DNA of 64,000 nucleotides, taken from the NCBI GenBank assembly GCA_965209055.1, contig OZ242374.1:4640001-4704000 (forward strand). Reading direction: 5' to 3'. The position numbers and the translations under genes were made by a program. The notes beneath the pieces were generated by a model. The model searched no databases, was not told the DNA's origin, and saw nothing but the letters and a program-made list of their open reading frames with translations. The stretch is from Acidobacteriota bacterium (GTDB lineage Bacteria > Acidobacteriota > UBA6911 > RPQK01 > JAJDTT01). The first letter of the stretch is position 1, and each line of letters begins with the position of its first letter. Below are positions 40,143-50,469 of this stretch, one piece after another.

Positions 40143-41279
40143 GTGAGAGTGCCTTTGCTCTACGGGTTTGTTTTCTCCGCATTCCTGGCGCCACTCCATT
40201 CCCAGGATTCGCCCGCGGGAGTTCAGCAGTATTTGGAACGGTTGTCCGGGTACCGATTCCACCTGCTTGAGAAGTCAGCCGGCTCGGAACGGGCGGCCGG
40301 GGATTTTTCGCGGCCCGTGCTGGAAGAATACGCCGTTCAGTCCTATTCCCGGTGGCGCCTCCAGGGACCTGGCGACTCCCCCCTGGCAATGGAGGTCCAC
40401 GAGACGCTGCATCAGCAGGGCGCATTCGGCTTGTACCGGCTCGATTCGCTGCTGCGGCCCGGCGCCCGGGACCGGCTCGAGCTGCCGGTGGAGAACCGCT
40501 ACAGAGAAGGGAGTTGTATCTTCTGGCGGGGCCCCTTTCTGTTTCGACTCACCGCCGGACCGGGACCCCGGGCGCGGGATCAGCTCAAAGGCGCCGTGGC
40601 GGCTCTCGTGGAAGCGATCCCCATCGTCAATCTCCATCCCGTGACGGTGTTGCACCTGCCGCGTCAGGACCTGGTCACGGAATCGGTCGGCATCTATCTG
40701 GGGCCGGCGGCCCTGGCCAACAACGATCGCTTCCCCGACCCGCTCATGGACAAGATCGGTTTCCAGGACCGGGTCGAAGTCGCCTTCGCGGACTATGGCC
40801 CGGAGGTCGGTTCCCTGTTTCTGCTGGCCTACCCGACCCCGTCACTGGCGGCCGACTACTTCCTCGAGCTGCAGAACTCATTGCATTCGTTCTTTTCTCC
40901 CGACGGCATCTACATCAAGCGGAGCGGCTTGCTGCTGGCTGTCTTTCTGGGAACCGAATCCCGGGCACAGGCCGTATTGGGAGAGGTTCAATGGGCGCCG
41001 GCGGTGAAATGGGTCCATGACCGGACCGTTCAGGTGGAGCCAAAGGGCGAGGCCCGGAGTTTTCTGGACATGCTGTTGCGAACGGCATTGGCCACAGTCT
41101 GCTTCATCGTGGGCAGCTTGGGTTTCGGCTGTTTCCTCGGCTACATCTGGCACCGGATTGACGAACGCTTCCCGGCGTGGTCGTCCAGGAATGACGCCAT
41201 ACACCTGAATCTGTCGGGCTCCGCTCCCACGGCGGACCGCGTCGAGAGGCCATCCTGGCCGGGATTCCGAAAATCATGA
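40143..41279 (+). CDS. Hypothetical exported protein with C-terminal membrane anchor
   Basis: Signal peptide, C-terminal TM helix, operonic position. Confidence 0.7.
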   Translation: MRVPLLYGFVFSAFLAPLHSQDSPAGVQQYLERLSGYRFHLLEKSAGSERAAGDFSRPVLEEYAVQSYSRWRLQGPGDSPLAMEVHETLHQQGAFGLYRLDSLLRPGARDRLELPVENRYREGSCIFWRGPFLFRLTAGPGPRARDQLKGAVAALVEAIPIVNLHPVTVLHLPRQDLVTESVGIYLGPAALANNDRFPDPLMDKIGFQDRVEVAFADYGPEVGSLFLLAYPTPSLAADYFLELQNSLHSFFSPDGIYIKRSGLLLAVFLGTESRAQAVLGEVQWAPAVKWVHDRTVQVEPKGEARSFLDMLLRTALATVCFIVGSLGFGCFLGYIWHRIDERFPAWSSRNDAIHLNLSGSAPTADRVERPSWPGFRKS

Positions 41280-42634
41280 CCGGCGGGAAGTCAATCCGGT
41301 TGGAAAGGGTCCTCGAGCTTGTCTACCGTGCGGCTCTGGCGGCGGTGGATCCGGGCCGGACGGTTCGAGACTCCTTGTTTCTGGACGATGAAGTGCTTCG
41401 CGTGGGAGACCGGAACTATCCGCTGAGCGGGTTCCGCAGGGTCTTCCTGGCCGGCGCCGGGAAGGCCGCCGTTCCCATGGCCCGCGCCGTCGAGCAGATC
41501 CTGGGAGATCGTCTGAGCGGTGGTCTGGTGGTCGTCAAGTACGGGCACGGCGGAGAACTGGACAGAACCCGGGTGATGGAGGCCGGGCATCCCGAACCGG
41601 ATGAGAACGGCGTCGCCGCCGCGTCCGGGATCCTGGAATTCCTGGACCGGAACCTGACGTCCCGGGACCTTCTCCTGGTGCTCATCTCAGGGGGCGGCTC
41701 GGCCCTGACTCCCTGTCCCGTCCCGGGAATCACGCTCTCCGACAAGCAGGCGGCCACCTCCGTCCTCTTGAACTCGGGCGCCACCATCCACGAGATCAAC
41801 GCCATTCGGAAGCACCTGAGCCGATTCAAGGGAGGCCGCCTGTTGCGGCACACCCACGGCGCCCAGGTGGTTTCCCTGCTCCTCTCCGACGTGGTCGGGG
41901 ACGACTTGAGCAGCATCGCCTCGGGACCCACCGTTCCCGATCCCACCCGCTTCGAAGACTGTCTGGGAATCCTGAGACAGTACGGGATCCGGACCGCCGT
42001 GCCCAATCCCGTGCTGCGGTACCTGCAGGAGGGCGCCGCCGGTGGAGTGAACGCTCCGCGGGAGACCCCCAAAGAGAACGACCCGGCCTTCGTGAAGGTC
42101 CAGAACAGGGTGGTGGGAAGCAACATCCTGGCTCTGAAGGCGGCGGCAGCCGAATCCCGCCGCCTGGGCTTCGCACCCCTGATCCTCTCTTCCTCCATCT
42201 ACGGCAACACGGAGGACGTGGCCAAGGTCCACGTGGGCATCGCCCGGGAAGTGCTCCAGAGCAGCCTTCCGGTCGCCCCACCCTGTTGCATCATCTCCGG
42301 AGGGGAGACCACGGTCAGAGTCACCGGATCGGGAAAGGGCGGCAGGAACCAGGAGTTCGCCCTCTGGTGCGCCCGCGAAATGGAAAGTTGGGGAGGCGAG
42401 CCGGTTCTCATCGCCTCCATCGGTTCGGACGGCAACGACGGTCCCACCGACGCCGCCGGGGCCTGGGCCAGACCGGAAACCACACGAAGGTCCCGCTCGC
42501 TGGGACTCGATCCTGAGTCCTACCTGGGCGACAACGACTCCTACCACTTTTTCGAGAAGCTGGGCGACCTCATCATCACCGGCCCCACCCGGACCAACGT
42601 GATGGACCTCCGGTTCATCCTGGTGGGAAGCTGA
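41276..42634 (+). CDS. Glycerate 2-kinase (type II, MOFRL family)
   Basis: GAGKAA, LISGGGSAL, SDVVGD, SGGETTV, GGRNQE, TGPTRTNVMD. Confidence 0.93.
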   Translation: MTGGKSIRLERVLELVYRAALAAVDPGRTVRDSLFLDDEVLRVGDRNYPLSGFRRVFLAGAGKAAVPMARAVEQILGDRLSGGLVVVKYGHGGELDRTRVMEAGHPEPDENGVAAASGILEFLDRNLTSRDLLLVLISGGGSALTPCPVPGITLSDKQAATSVLLNSGATIHEINAIRKHLSRFKGGRLLRHTHGAQVVSLLLSDVVGDDLSSIASGPTVPDPTRFEDCLGILRQYGIRTAVPNPVLRYLQEGAAGGVNAPRETPKENDPAFVKVQNRVVGSNILALKAAAAESRRLGFAPLILSSSIYGNTEDVAKVHVGIAREVLQSSLPVAPPCCIISGGETTVRVTGSGKGGRNQEFALWCAREMESWGGEPVLIASIGSDGNDGPTDAAGAWARPETTRRSRSLGLDPESYLGDNDSYHFFEKLGDLIITGPTRTNVMDLRFILVGS

Positions 42635-42642
42635 CCCGCGGT

Positions 42643-44394
42643 TCAGAAACCGCGGGCCTCGCCCCAGAGGCGAGGGTCGGCCACACCTTCCCGCAGGCCG
42701 CTGACAGGGTCCACGCGGATGCAGTGGGCATCGCCGATCCGGCCGCGATAGACCACCTCGTGTCCCAATGACTCCAACTCGGCTTCGACCTCTCGGGACA
42801 AGGCGCCGGTTTCGGCCACGATCCGGTCGGGCATCCACTGGTGGTGGATCCGGGGTTCATCGACGGCCGCGTACAGATCCATCTCCTGGTCCAACACGTT
42901 GAGAATGATCTGCAGAACCGTGTTGATGATGGTGGGTCCGCCGGGACTCCCCAGAACCAGCAAGACCTTGCCGTCCTGCTTGACGAGGGTGGGCGTCATG
43001 GCGCTCAGCGGCCGCTTTCGGGGAGCGATGGCGTTGGCCTCGCCCTGGAGCAGCCCGAACATGTTGGGGACTCCCGGGCGGGAGGTGAAGTCGTCCATTT
43101 CGTTGTTCAGCAGGAATCCGGCTCCCTTGACGGTGGCGCCGGAACCGAAATTACCGTTGATGGTGGTGGTGATGGCCACCGCGCTCCCCGCGGGGTCCAC
43201 CACCGAGAGATGCGTGGTCTGCGGCGACTCCTCGGCAAACGGACCCGCGGCAACCTGGCTGCTCTCGGTAGCGGCCGTCTCGTCCAGATCCCCCAACCGT
43301 TCCCGGGCATGTTCCCGGGACAGGAGACGATCGACGGGCACCTCGGCGAAATCCGCGTCCCCCATGGTCGCGGCGCGGTCGGCGAAGGCACGGCGCATGA
43401 TTTCCGCCAGCAGATGGAGCCGCCCAGTGGTCTCCTGCCGGCGACCCGCCAACTCCAGCATGTTGAGCATCTCGATGAGGATCACGCCCCCGGAGCTGGG
43501 AGGACCCATGGACACGACTTCATAACCCCGGTAACGCCCCCGGACCGGAGGCCGGATCCGGGCCACGTAGTTGGCCAGGTCTTCCCGCGTCATGATCCCG
43601 CCGTGAGCCTCCATGTCCCGCTGGATCAGCTCGGCGATCTCGCCTCGGTAGAAGGCCTCGGCGCCGTTGCAGGCAACGGCCTCCAGCGTGCCCGCCAAGT
43701 CGGGCTGGGTGAAGGTCCGGCCGGGTGCGGGGGGACTTCCGCCAGGCAGAAAGATGCGCCGGGTCTCGTCGAACCGCTCCAGGAGGGGAGCGGCCGACTC
43801 CAGCGATCGGGCGAAGTGTTCTTCCACTACGAAGCCGTTCCGGGCCAGTTCGATGGCCGGCTCCAGCAACCGGCTCCAGGGAAGCGTCCCGAAACGGCTC
43901 CAGGCCAAGTGGAGCCCGGCCACGGAACCGGGAACCCCCGAGGCCAGGTAACCGACGGTGGACAACTCCGGAACCACCTCCCCCGCGGCGTCCAGGTACA
44001 TGTCGCGGCCGGCGCCGCCGGGGGCCATCTCGCGATAGTCCACGCTGATCTCCCGGCCGGTCTCGGCATCGTGGTAGAGCAGGAACCCCCCGCCTCCCAC
44101 ATTGCCGGCGATGGGGTGCACGACGGCGAGCGCGAAGCTCACGGCGACGGCGGCGTCGATGGCGTTCCCACCTTCGCGCATGACATCGACACCCGCCTGG
44201 CTGGCCAACGGACTGGAGCTGACCACCATCCCCCGGGAAGCGACGGTGGGGCCCGGAGCCGTCACCTCGGGACGGCAGGAGAGGAGACCCGTGGTGACGA
44301 ACAGGATCAGGACCCAGCCCGGCAGCCGGGGTGCAGATGCCGCACGGTGGAACGAAATCATGGCGTGATTCCGGCTATTCGAGGTGACGTCCAA
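42643..44394 (-). CDS. ggt: Gamma-glutamyltranspeptidase
   Basis: GGNAIDAAVA, DYREMAP, TTHLSVVD nucleophile, NNEMDDF, PLSAMTP, GSPGG; start uncertain. Confidence 0.95.
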   Translation of the reverse strand: MDVTSNSRNHAMISFHRAASAPRLPGWVLILFVTTGLLSCRPEVTAPGPTVASRGMVVSSSPLASQAGVDVMREGGNAIDAAVAVSFALAVVHPIAGNVGGGGFLLYHDAETGREISVDYREMAPGGAGRDMYLDAAGEVVPELSTVGYLASGVPGSVAGLHLAWSRFGTLPWSRLLEPAIELARNGFVVEEHFARSLESAAPLLERFDETRRIFLPGGSPPAPGRTFTQPDLAGTLEAVACNGAEAFYRGEIAELIQRDMEAHGGIMTREDLANYVARIRPPVRGRYRGYEVVSMGPPSSGGVILIEMLNMLELAGRRQETTGRLHLLAEIMRRAFADRAATMGDADFAEVPVDRLLSREHARERLGDLDETAATESSQVAAGPFAEESPQTTHLSVVDPAGSAVAITTTINGNFGSGATVKGAGFLLNNEMDDFTSRPGVPNMFGLLQGEANAIAPRKRPLSAMTPTLVKQDGKVLLVLGSPGGPTIINTVLQIILNVLDQEMDLYAAVDEPRIHHQWMPDRIVAETGALSREVEAELESLGHEVVYRGRIGDAHCIRVDPVSGLREGVADPRLWGEARGF

Positions 44395-44423
44395 GAGTCA
44401 GCAGGCAGTAAGGGTTTCAGGCG

Positions 44424-45293
44424 TCAGGTGTTCCTGGACTGTGCGGAAGAAAGTTCCAGACGCACCACCTGATTCAGGGAGCCGGACCGAAAGCTCTGCA
44501 AATCCAGAGTGACGTACTGGTACCCCAGGGAGCGGAGCTTGCGGTTGATGTCGTCGAAAAGACCCGGATCCATCAGCTTGTGGCGTTCCGTCCGGTCGAC
44601 CTCGATCCGGGCCAGTTCCTCATGGTGACGCACGCGGAAGCTGACCACCCCCAGGCTCCGGATGTAGGCCTCGGCCGCATCGACCTGTTGCAGCTTCTCC
44701 TCGGTGATGGCGACGCCGTAGGGAAAGCGGGAGGAGAGGCACGGCATGGCCGGCAGGTCCCAGGTGGGGAGACCCCACTTGAGAGACCGGGACCGGATCT
44801 CATCCTTGCTCAGTCTCACGTCGATGAACGGACTCAGGACGCCCTGCTCCCGGGAGGCGCGCCGGCCGGGCCGATAGTCGCCGATGTCGTCCATGTTGGA
44901 GCCGTCCAGAATCGCTTCCGCATTCCATTCCTGCAGCAGTCTCTTCAGATGGACGTAGAGTTCGTCCTTGCAGAAGTAGCAGCGATTCGTGGGATTCCGG
45001 GCGTAGTCGGGATTGTCCATCTCCCGGGTCTCGATCAGCGTGTGATTCAACCGGTAGCGCCGGGCGAAGTCCAGGGCCAGCCTTCGCTGGTATCCGGAAA
45101 CCGAGGGCGACAGGGCCGTGACGGCCCGCGACTCGTTGCCCAATATCCGATGGGCGCAAAAGGCCAGGTAACTGCTGTCGACGCCGCCGCTGAACGCCAC
45201 GACGACTCGGCGATACCGTTCCAGGTACTGAAAGAGATTCTTTTCTTTCTTTTCGGGATCCACTGCCGCGATTCTACCACCCGGAGCAGGCAT
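44424..45293 (-). CDS. larE: ATP-dependent sacrificial sulfur transferase LarE family
   Basis: AFSGGVDS PP-loop, RCYFCK, DYRPG, PCLSSRFPYG, FRSGSLN; start uncertain. Confidence 0.9.
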   Translation of the reverse strand: MPAPGGRIAAVDPEKKEKNLFQYLERYRRVVVAFSGGVDSSYLAFCAHRILGNESRAVTALSPSVSGYQRRLALDFARRYRLNHTLIETREMDNPDYARNPTNRCYFCKDELYVHLKRLLQEWNAEAILDGSNMDDIGDYRPGRRASREQGVLSPFIDVRLSKDEIRSRSLKWGLPTWDLPAMPCLSSRFPYGVAITEEKLQQVDAAEAYIRSLGVVSFRVRHHEELARIEVDRTERHKLMDPGLFDDINRKLRSLGYQYVTLDLQSFRSGSLNQVVRLELSSAQSRNT

Positions 45294-45417
45294 GAGGAAT
45301 GAGGAGCCGATCCGGTCGGACTTGCGAACTCGTTAACGGCGCCGATTCCGGTCGGGAGGTTCCCCATATGTTAATATGAAGGCAATCCAACCGGCGTCCT
45401 CAAGCCTGGGAGAAACC

Positions 45418-46449
45418 ATGAAACTAACGCCAAGACTTCTGTTGCTGGCTGCTCTCCTCGTCATCGTTGGAACGGCGCCAACGGCGGCCCTGGCCGCGAG
45501 CCAGGGATCCGACCGCGAGTCCCGCCGGATCGAGGAGGAGCGGGACCGGCCCCAGGGCCGGGCCGCCCTGACGGTGGAGGTCGATCAGGTGCGGTTGGAC
45601 GTCACGGTCCGTGACCGCAAGGGAAACCTGATCCAGGGCCTTCAGCAGGAACACTTCGACGTCTATGAAAACAAGGTGAAGCAGAAGCTCACCCACTTCA
45701 GTCCCATCGAAGCTCCCATCACGGCCGTCCTCGTGACCGAATACAGTGCCGTCCTGCCCTGGGAGATGCTCTACGAAGCTTGGCTCGGGTCCCGGATCTT
45801 CGCGGAGAATATGCGAAAGGATGACTGGGTCGCAGTGGTCGCCTACGACCTGAAGCCCGAAATCCTGGTGGACTTCACCCAGGACAAATTCGAGGTCTAT
45901 CGGGCCCTGCAGCGCCTGAACTATCCCGGCTTCCGGGAGAGCAACCTCTACGACACCATCTTCGACGTCCTGGATCGAATCGAAGAGGCGGAAGGCAAGA
46001 CTGCCGTCGTGCTCCTCTCGACCGGGCTCGACACCTTCAGCCGAAAGAACATGGGAGAGGCCCTGGACAAGGTCAAGAGAACCAACGCGGTGATCTATCC
46101 CATCAGCATCGGCCAGAACCTGAGGCTCCGGTACGAAGACCGTTTTTCCACCACGACGAGGATGGACTTCTACCAGGCCGACGTGGTCTTGAAGGAGATG
46201 GCCAAGTACACCGGAGGAGAGGCGTTCTTTCCCCGCTTCGTGACCCAGTTCCCCAACATCTTCATGACCATCGCGAATCTGCTGCGGAACCAGTACTCCC
46301 TGGGCTATATCTCGACCAACACCAAGAAGGACGGGAAGCTGCGCCGGATCAAGGTGGAAGTGAAGGTGGACGTCAACGGGGACGGCAAGATCGACAAGCT
46401 CAAGGTCGCCCACCGGAGAGGCTACCTGGCTGAAAAAAGAGACAAGTAG
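45418..46449 (+). CDS. VWA domain protein (Acidobacterial VWFA-related)
   Basis: LDVTVRDRKG, NLYDTI, STGLDTFS, QYSLGY; canonical DxSxS is absent. Confidence 0.85.
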   Translation: MKLTPRLLLLAALLVIVGTAPTAALAASQGSDRESRRIEEERDRPQGRAALTVEVDQVRLDVTVRDRKGNLIQGLQQEHFDVYENKVKQKLTHFSPIEAPITAVLVTEYSAVLPWEMLYEAWLGSRIFAENMRKDDWVAVVAYDLKPEILVDFTQDKFEVYRALQRLNYPGFRESNLYDTIFDVLDRIEEAEGKTAVVLLSTGLDTFSRKNMGEALDKVKRTNAVIYPISIGQNLRLRYEDRFSTTTRMDFYQADVVLKEMAKYTGGEAFFPRFVTQFPNIFMTIANLLRNQYSLGYISTNTKKDGKLRRIKVEVKVDVNGDGKIDKLKVAHRRGYLAEKRDK

Positions 46450-46498
46450 ACGACGGAGCGGCCCCATCGTGCTGCTCCGGCGTACCTTCTCCCCCTCC

Positions 46499-47635
46499 TT
46501 ACTTCCCGCTCGCCACTCCCCGCCGTTCCTTTTGCCCGTCTCCGGCACGGCGTACGGGAATGCTCAACTGCTCCACCACATTCAGGTTGAAGCCCTCCAG
46601 GCCGACGATTTTCTTGGGGTGGTTGGTGAGCACCCGGATGTTGCGTAGACCAAGATCGGCCAGAATCTGGGCTCCGACGCCATAGTCCCGGAAATTGGCG
46701 GGATATTGGATCTCTCCGGTGATCTCCCGCAGCAGCCGGTCCTCCTTGTCGGTGTACCTCAGATAGACCAGGACTCCCCGGCCCTCGGCCTGGATCAACT
46801 CCAGGGCCTTCCGCAGTTCGCGTCCCGAGTCATGCTTCAATCCGGAAAAGACGTCTCCCAACAACAAAGCGGAGTGGACTCGAACCAGGACCGGTTCATC
46901 GGTGTTCACCCTGCCCTTGGTCAGGACCACGTGACGGTTCCCGTCCAGCTCATTTTCATACAGGACCAGTTGGAACCGGCCCTGCTCGCACTCGAAAGGA
47001 ATCTCCTGGATTCGTTTGACGAACCGTTCGGTCCGGAGCCTGAACTTCATCAGGTCGACGACCGATACGATCTTGATGCCGTGCCGCGCGGCGAAACGCT
47101 GGAGGTCGGGCAACCGCGCCATGGTGCCGTCCTCGTTCATGATCTCGCAGATGACGCCGGCCGGGTCGAGGCCGGCGATCCGGGCCAGATCCACGGCCGC
47201 TTCGGTCTGGCCAGCCCGTTCCAGGACGCCTCCGGGCCGGGCCCGGAGCGGGAAGACGTGCCCCGGCCGGATCAAGTCTTCCGGACGTGTTCTGGGGTCG
47301 ATGGCGGTCAGAATGGTGGTGGCCCGGTCCGCGGCCGAGATTCCCGTGGAGACGTTCCGGCGGCCCTCGATGCTGACGCAGAAGGCGGTCTCGTACATCG
47401 ACTCGTTCCTGGAGACCATGAGAGGGATCTCCAGCCGATCCAGCCGTTCTGGAGTCATGGGCATGCAGATCAGGCCGCGGCCGTGAGTGGCCATGAAGTT
47501 GATGCTCTCCGGCGTCACCCTTTCGGCCGCCATGGTCAAGTCACCTTCGTTCTCGCGGTCCTCCTCGTCCACCACGATGATCATCTTGCCGTCGTGGATG
47601 TCCTCGATGGCGTTCTCGATGGAATCCAGGCTCAT
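46499..47635 (-). CDS. ribB: 3,4-dihydroxy-2-butanone-4-phosphate synthase with a degenerate GTP cyclohydrolase II domain (RibBX-like)
   Basis: [27 protein letters not shown]; C-terminal domain lacks the Zn-binding Cys residues. Confidence 0.9.
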   Translation of the reverse strand: MSLDSIENAIEDIHDGKMIIVVDEEDRENEGDLTMAAERVTPESINFMATHGRGLICMPMTPERLDRLEIPLMVSRNESMYETAFCVSIEGRRNVSTGISAADRATTILTAIDPRTRPEDLIRPGHVFPLRARPGGVLERAGQTEAAVDLARIAGLDPAGVICEIMNEDGTMARLPDLQRFAARHGIKIVSVVDLMKFRLRTERFVKRIQEIPFECEQGRFQLVLYENELDGNRHVVLTKGRVNTDEPVLVRVHSALLLGDVFSGLKHDSGRELRKALELIQAEGRGVLVYLRYTDKEDRLLREITGEIQYPANFRDYGVGAQILADLGLRNIRVLTNHPKKIVGLEGFNLNVVEQLSIPVRRAGDGQKERRGVASGK

Positions 47636-47663
47636 GTCTGAAGACTGCTCCTAAAATTCTTCC

Positions 47664-48293
47664 TTACTTCACCGGCGGGAGCCGGCGAAGCCAACGCAGC
47701 GAAACCTGAGACCGGGTCTGAAAACTGACCAGGGCGAGACGATACTTGCGTTCCGTGTATTCCAGAAGGACGGGATTGTCCGGGTCCTTCAACAACACCC
47801 ATTCGGCGCCCCGATCATCCTCCGCCCGTATGACGGCGACCTCGTGCGGGCGCCGATTCACACTGAGCCGGAAACGATCGTCCTCCAGCAATTCGAGCTT
47901 GCGGGGAAAGCGGTTCACCTTGATTCGCGTCCTGCCCTTGGACACGAGCTCTCCATAGGTCTTCCGCGAAAACCAGATCGTCATGACCTTCTTGGACTCC
48001 TTTTCCACACCCGGTTCGAAGAGTCCGAAGAGGCTGAAACTGGTCCCGTTGAGCACGGAGTTGCGAAAGAGATGGAGGGTCCCCTGATTGGCGAAGGACT
48101 CCCACTCCAGGACCACGTCGGGACCGAAACGCGCCAACCGCAGGATCCACTCCCGTTCCACGGGGCCCGAATAGCTCTTGTAGATGAGAACCGAGTTGGG
48201 CCCCACCTCCAAGGATCCGGCGCCGGCCCCCGTCGAGCTAGCCGGAATAATCAGCAGGCTGCCCAGTATGGTGACGAACGTGTGTTTCCACAT
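47664..48293 (-). CDS. Hypothetical exported protein
   Basis: Signal-peptide-like N-terminus; lies within the rib operon. Confidence 0.6.
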   Translation of the reverse strand: MWKHTFVTILGSLLIIPASSTGAGAGSLEVGPNSVLIYKSYSGPVEREWILRLARFGPDVVLEWESFANQGTLHLFRNSVLNGTSFSLFGLFEPGVEKESKKVMTIWFSRKTYGELVSKGRTRIKVNRFPRKLELLEDDRFRLSVNRRPHEVAVIRAEDDRGAEWVLLKDPDNPVLLEYTERKYRLALVSFQTRSQVSLRWLRRLPPVK

Positions 48294-48858
48294 ACTTGCT
48301 GATCAGATCCGCTTCCAGGTTCACTCGATCCCCGACCGCCATCGTCCCGAAGTTGGTGACCGCCATGGTGTGGGGAATGATTGTGGCCTCAAAGCCCTTG
48401 GAATTCAACGCCGACAGCGTCAGGCTCACGCCGTTGACGGCAATGCTTCCCTTGAAAGTACAGTAGCGCAACACTTCCGGCGGCGCTTCGATCCGGAAGA
48501 TCCACGAGTTCCCTTCGGGCAGCTTGGAGACCAGGCGTCCGGGCGCGTCCACATGTCCCTGCACCAGATGGCCCCCCAGGAAATCGGAAAGCTTCGCCGC
48601 CGGCTCCAGGTTCAGTGGATCTCCGGTTCGCTTGTCCGAAAGATTGGTCCGGAGCAGGGTTTCGGGTGTCGCCTCCACCTGGAAGGCCTGCCCGTTCATG
48701 CGAAATACGGTGAGGCACACGCCGTCCACGCTGATGCTGTGACCGATCTCCAGCTCCCCGAGGAGCCCGGGGCTGCATTGCAGGGTCAGCCTCGCCCCCC
48801 AAGGCCCCATCTCCTGCTCCCTGATCAGGGCCGTCTCCCGCACGATTCCGGTGAACAT
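48238..48858 (-). CDS. ribE: Riboflavin synthase
   Basis: MFTGIV, GVCLTV, GGHLVQGHVD, KGSIAVNGVSLT. Confidence 0.95.
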   Translation of the reverse strand: MFTGIVRETALIREQEMGPWGARLTLQCSPGLLGELEIGHSISVDGVCLTVFRMNGQAFQVEATPETLLRTNLSDKRTGDPLNLEPAAKLSDFLGGHLVQGHVDAPGRLVSKLPEGNSWIFRIEAPPEVLRYCTFKGSIAVNGVSLTLSALNSKGFEATIIPHTMAVTNFGTMAVGDRVNLEADLISKYVETHVRHHTGQPADYSG

Positions 48859-48865
48859 GCGATTT

Positions 48866-49639
48866 CTAACCTCGCTTCACGGCCTGCCGCCTGGCCAGTT
48901 TACTACGACGGGGGCTGACACCCTTCCGGCGCGCCGCTCGATTCCCCCGCTTGAGCCGGCGGACCTCCCAATCCGCAAGTTCCCGGTATTGCCCCGGCGC
49001 CAGTCGTCCCAGCCTCAACGGGCCGATGGCGACCCGTCTCAGCTTCATGACCAGGTGGCCGACGACCCCGAACATGATCCGCAGCTGCCGGTTCCTGCCC
49101 TGCACCAGAACCACTTCGTACCAGGGGTTGTTCCCCGGCTCCAGCAATCGGATGCGGTGGACCGCCATCCGTTTACCCTTGGCGCGAATCCCGCGCTGGA
49201 GGCGCCGGAGCGCGGCCGGCGACGGGGACCGCGCCACCTTGACGTGGTAGACCTTCTCCAGTCCACCGGCACGGGTGACGTTTCGGACCAGGTCCCCGTC
49301 ATTGGTGAGCAGCATCAGGCCCTCGCTTTGAAAGTCCAACCGGCCCGCGGGAACCAACCGGACCCGGGAGGGGACCAACCTGGTGACGACGGGCCGGCCA
49401 CGGGGATCGGAGACGGCGCTCAGGACGCCGCGCGGCTTGTTCACGATGTAGTATTCGGTCTTCTCCGGACGCAGCAGGACACCGTCGATCCGCACCTCGT
49501 CCCGGGCCGGATCCGCCCGCGTTCCCAGCCGGTTGACCACTCTTCCGTTGACCGTGACTCGGCCCTGGAGGATGAGCTCCTCCGACTTCCGCCGGGAAGC
49601 CAGGCCGGCGTGGGCCATGATCTTCTGCAGACGCCACAT
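48866..49639 (-). CDS. rluB: rRNA pseudouridine synthase (RsuA/RluB family)
   Basis: S4 domain RLQKIMAHAG.ASRR, GRLDFQSEGL, GRNRQLR; downstream of scpAB. Confidence 0.88.
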   Translation of the reverse strand: MWRLQKIMAHAGLASRRKSEELILQGRVTVNGRVVNRLGTRADPARDEVRIDGVLLRPEKTEYYIVNKPRGVLSAVSDPRGRPVVTRLVPSRVRLVPAGRLDFQSEGLMLLTNDGDLVRNVTRAGGLEKVYHVKVARSPSPAALRRLQRGIRAKGKRMAVHRIRLLEPGNNPWYEVVLVQGRNRQLRIMFGVVGHLVMKLRRVAIGPLRLGRLAPGQYRELADWEVRRLKRGNRAARRKGVSPRRSKLARRQAVKRG

Positions 49640-49664
49640 CGTTCCGGGTAAATCTTACGCGCCA

Positions 49665-49926
49665 GGAGGGGGAATTTCCCTGTCCCCCCGTCTTTCTGCT
49701 CCCCTTTCCTTCGACAGTTCCTCGCCCGGCCCGCTGTCGCATTGGAGTTCGGCGGTAGGAAAACCGCCGCTCCTGCCGGAGGGGCGATTTCCAATCGCCC
49801 GGTTTCCCTCGCTCGCGGTCGTCCAAAGAATCGGCGGTTAGGAAACCGCCGCTCCGGCCGGAAGGGCGATTTCCTAATCACCTGGTCCGGCAACTCAAGA
49901 ATCGGCGGCTGGGAAACCGCCGCTCC
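49665..49926. repeat. Array of six REP-like palindromes in alternating orientation (BIME/REPIN-like)
   Basis: Units at 49665, 49750, 49778, 49832, 49860 and 49903, e.g. CGGCGGT-AGGAAA-ACCGCCG-CTCC. Confidence 0.85.
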
Positions 49927-49935
49927 GGGAATCTT

Positions 49936-50469
49936 CTAACTGGAAAGAATCTCCTCTAACTCGGCGAGAGTCGGAAGCTCGCTCAGGTCGTTGAGGCCGA
50001 AGTGGACCAGGAATTGCCGTCCGATGCCGTACAGGATCGGGCGTCCCACCGTCTTCTTGCGGCCCTGAGCCTCGATGAGCTTCTTCTCCAGCAGGGTCCG
50101 AATCGTCGAGGTTCCCTTCACCCCCCGGATCTCGGCGATCTCGGGCATGGTCACCGGCTGCTTGTAGGCAATGACCGCCAGCGTCTCCAGTGCGGCCAGC
50201 GAGAGCCGCGCCGAAGGCCGGCTCTTCAGATACCGGCGGATGGTCTCGTGGTGCCGGGCATGACTGTTCATCCGGTAGCCTCCGGCGACCTGCCGGATCT
50301 CCACCGAGTCCTGAACCGTGTTGAACTCTTTCGCCACCTCCCTCACGAGCCTGGAAAGGTCCTGGGAGGAAGTCTCCGGAAAGACCTGGTGGAGTTGAGG
50401 GATGGATACGGGTTCCTTGGCGACGAAGAGAACCGCCAGGATCTGTGAAGCGAGCGGATTCTTCAACAT
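49936..50469 (-). CDS. scpB: SMC-Scp complex subunit ScpB
   Basis: VAGGY, LSLAALETLAVIAYKQPVT..EI..IRGV, GRPILYG. Confidence 0.95.
   Translation of the reverse strand: MLKNPLASQILAVLFVAKEPVSIPQLHQVFPETSSQDLSRLVREVAKEFNTVQDSVEIRQVAGGYRMNSHARHHETIRRYLKSRPSARLSLAALETLAVIAYKQPVTMPEIAEIRGVKGTSTIRTLLEKKLIEAQGRKKTVGRPILYGIGRQFLVHFGLNDLSELPTLAELEEILSS

Noticed and set aside
49665-49926. CRISPR array
   Set aside because: Units alternate in orientation, vary in sequence and have irregular spacing; no cas genes. Fits a REP/BIME cluster.
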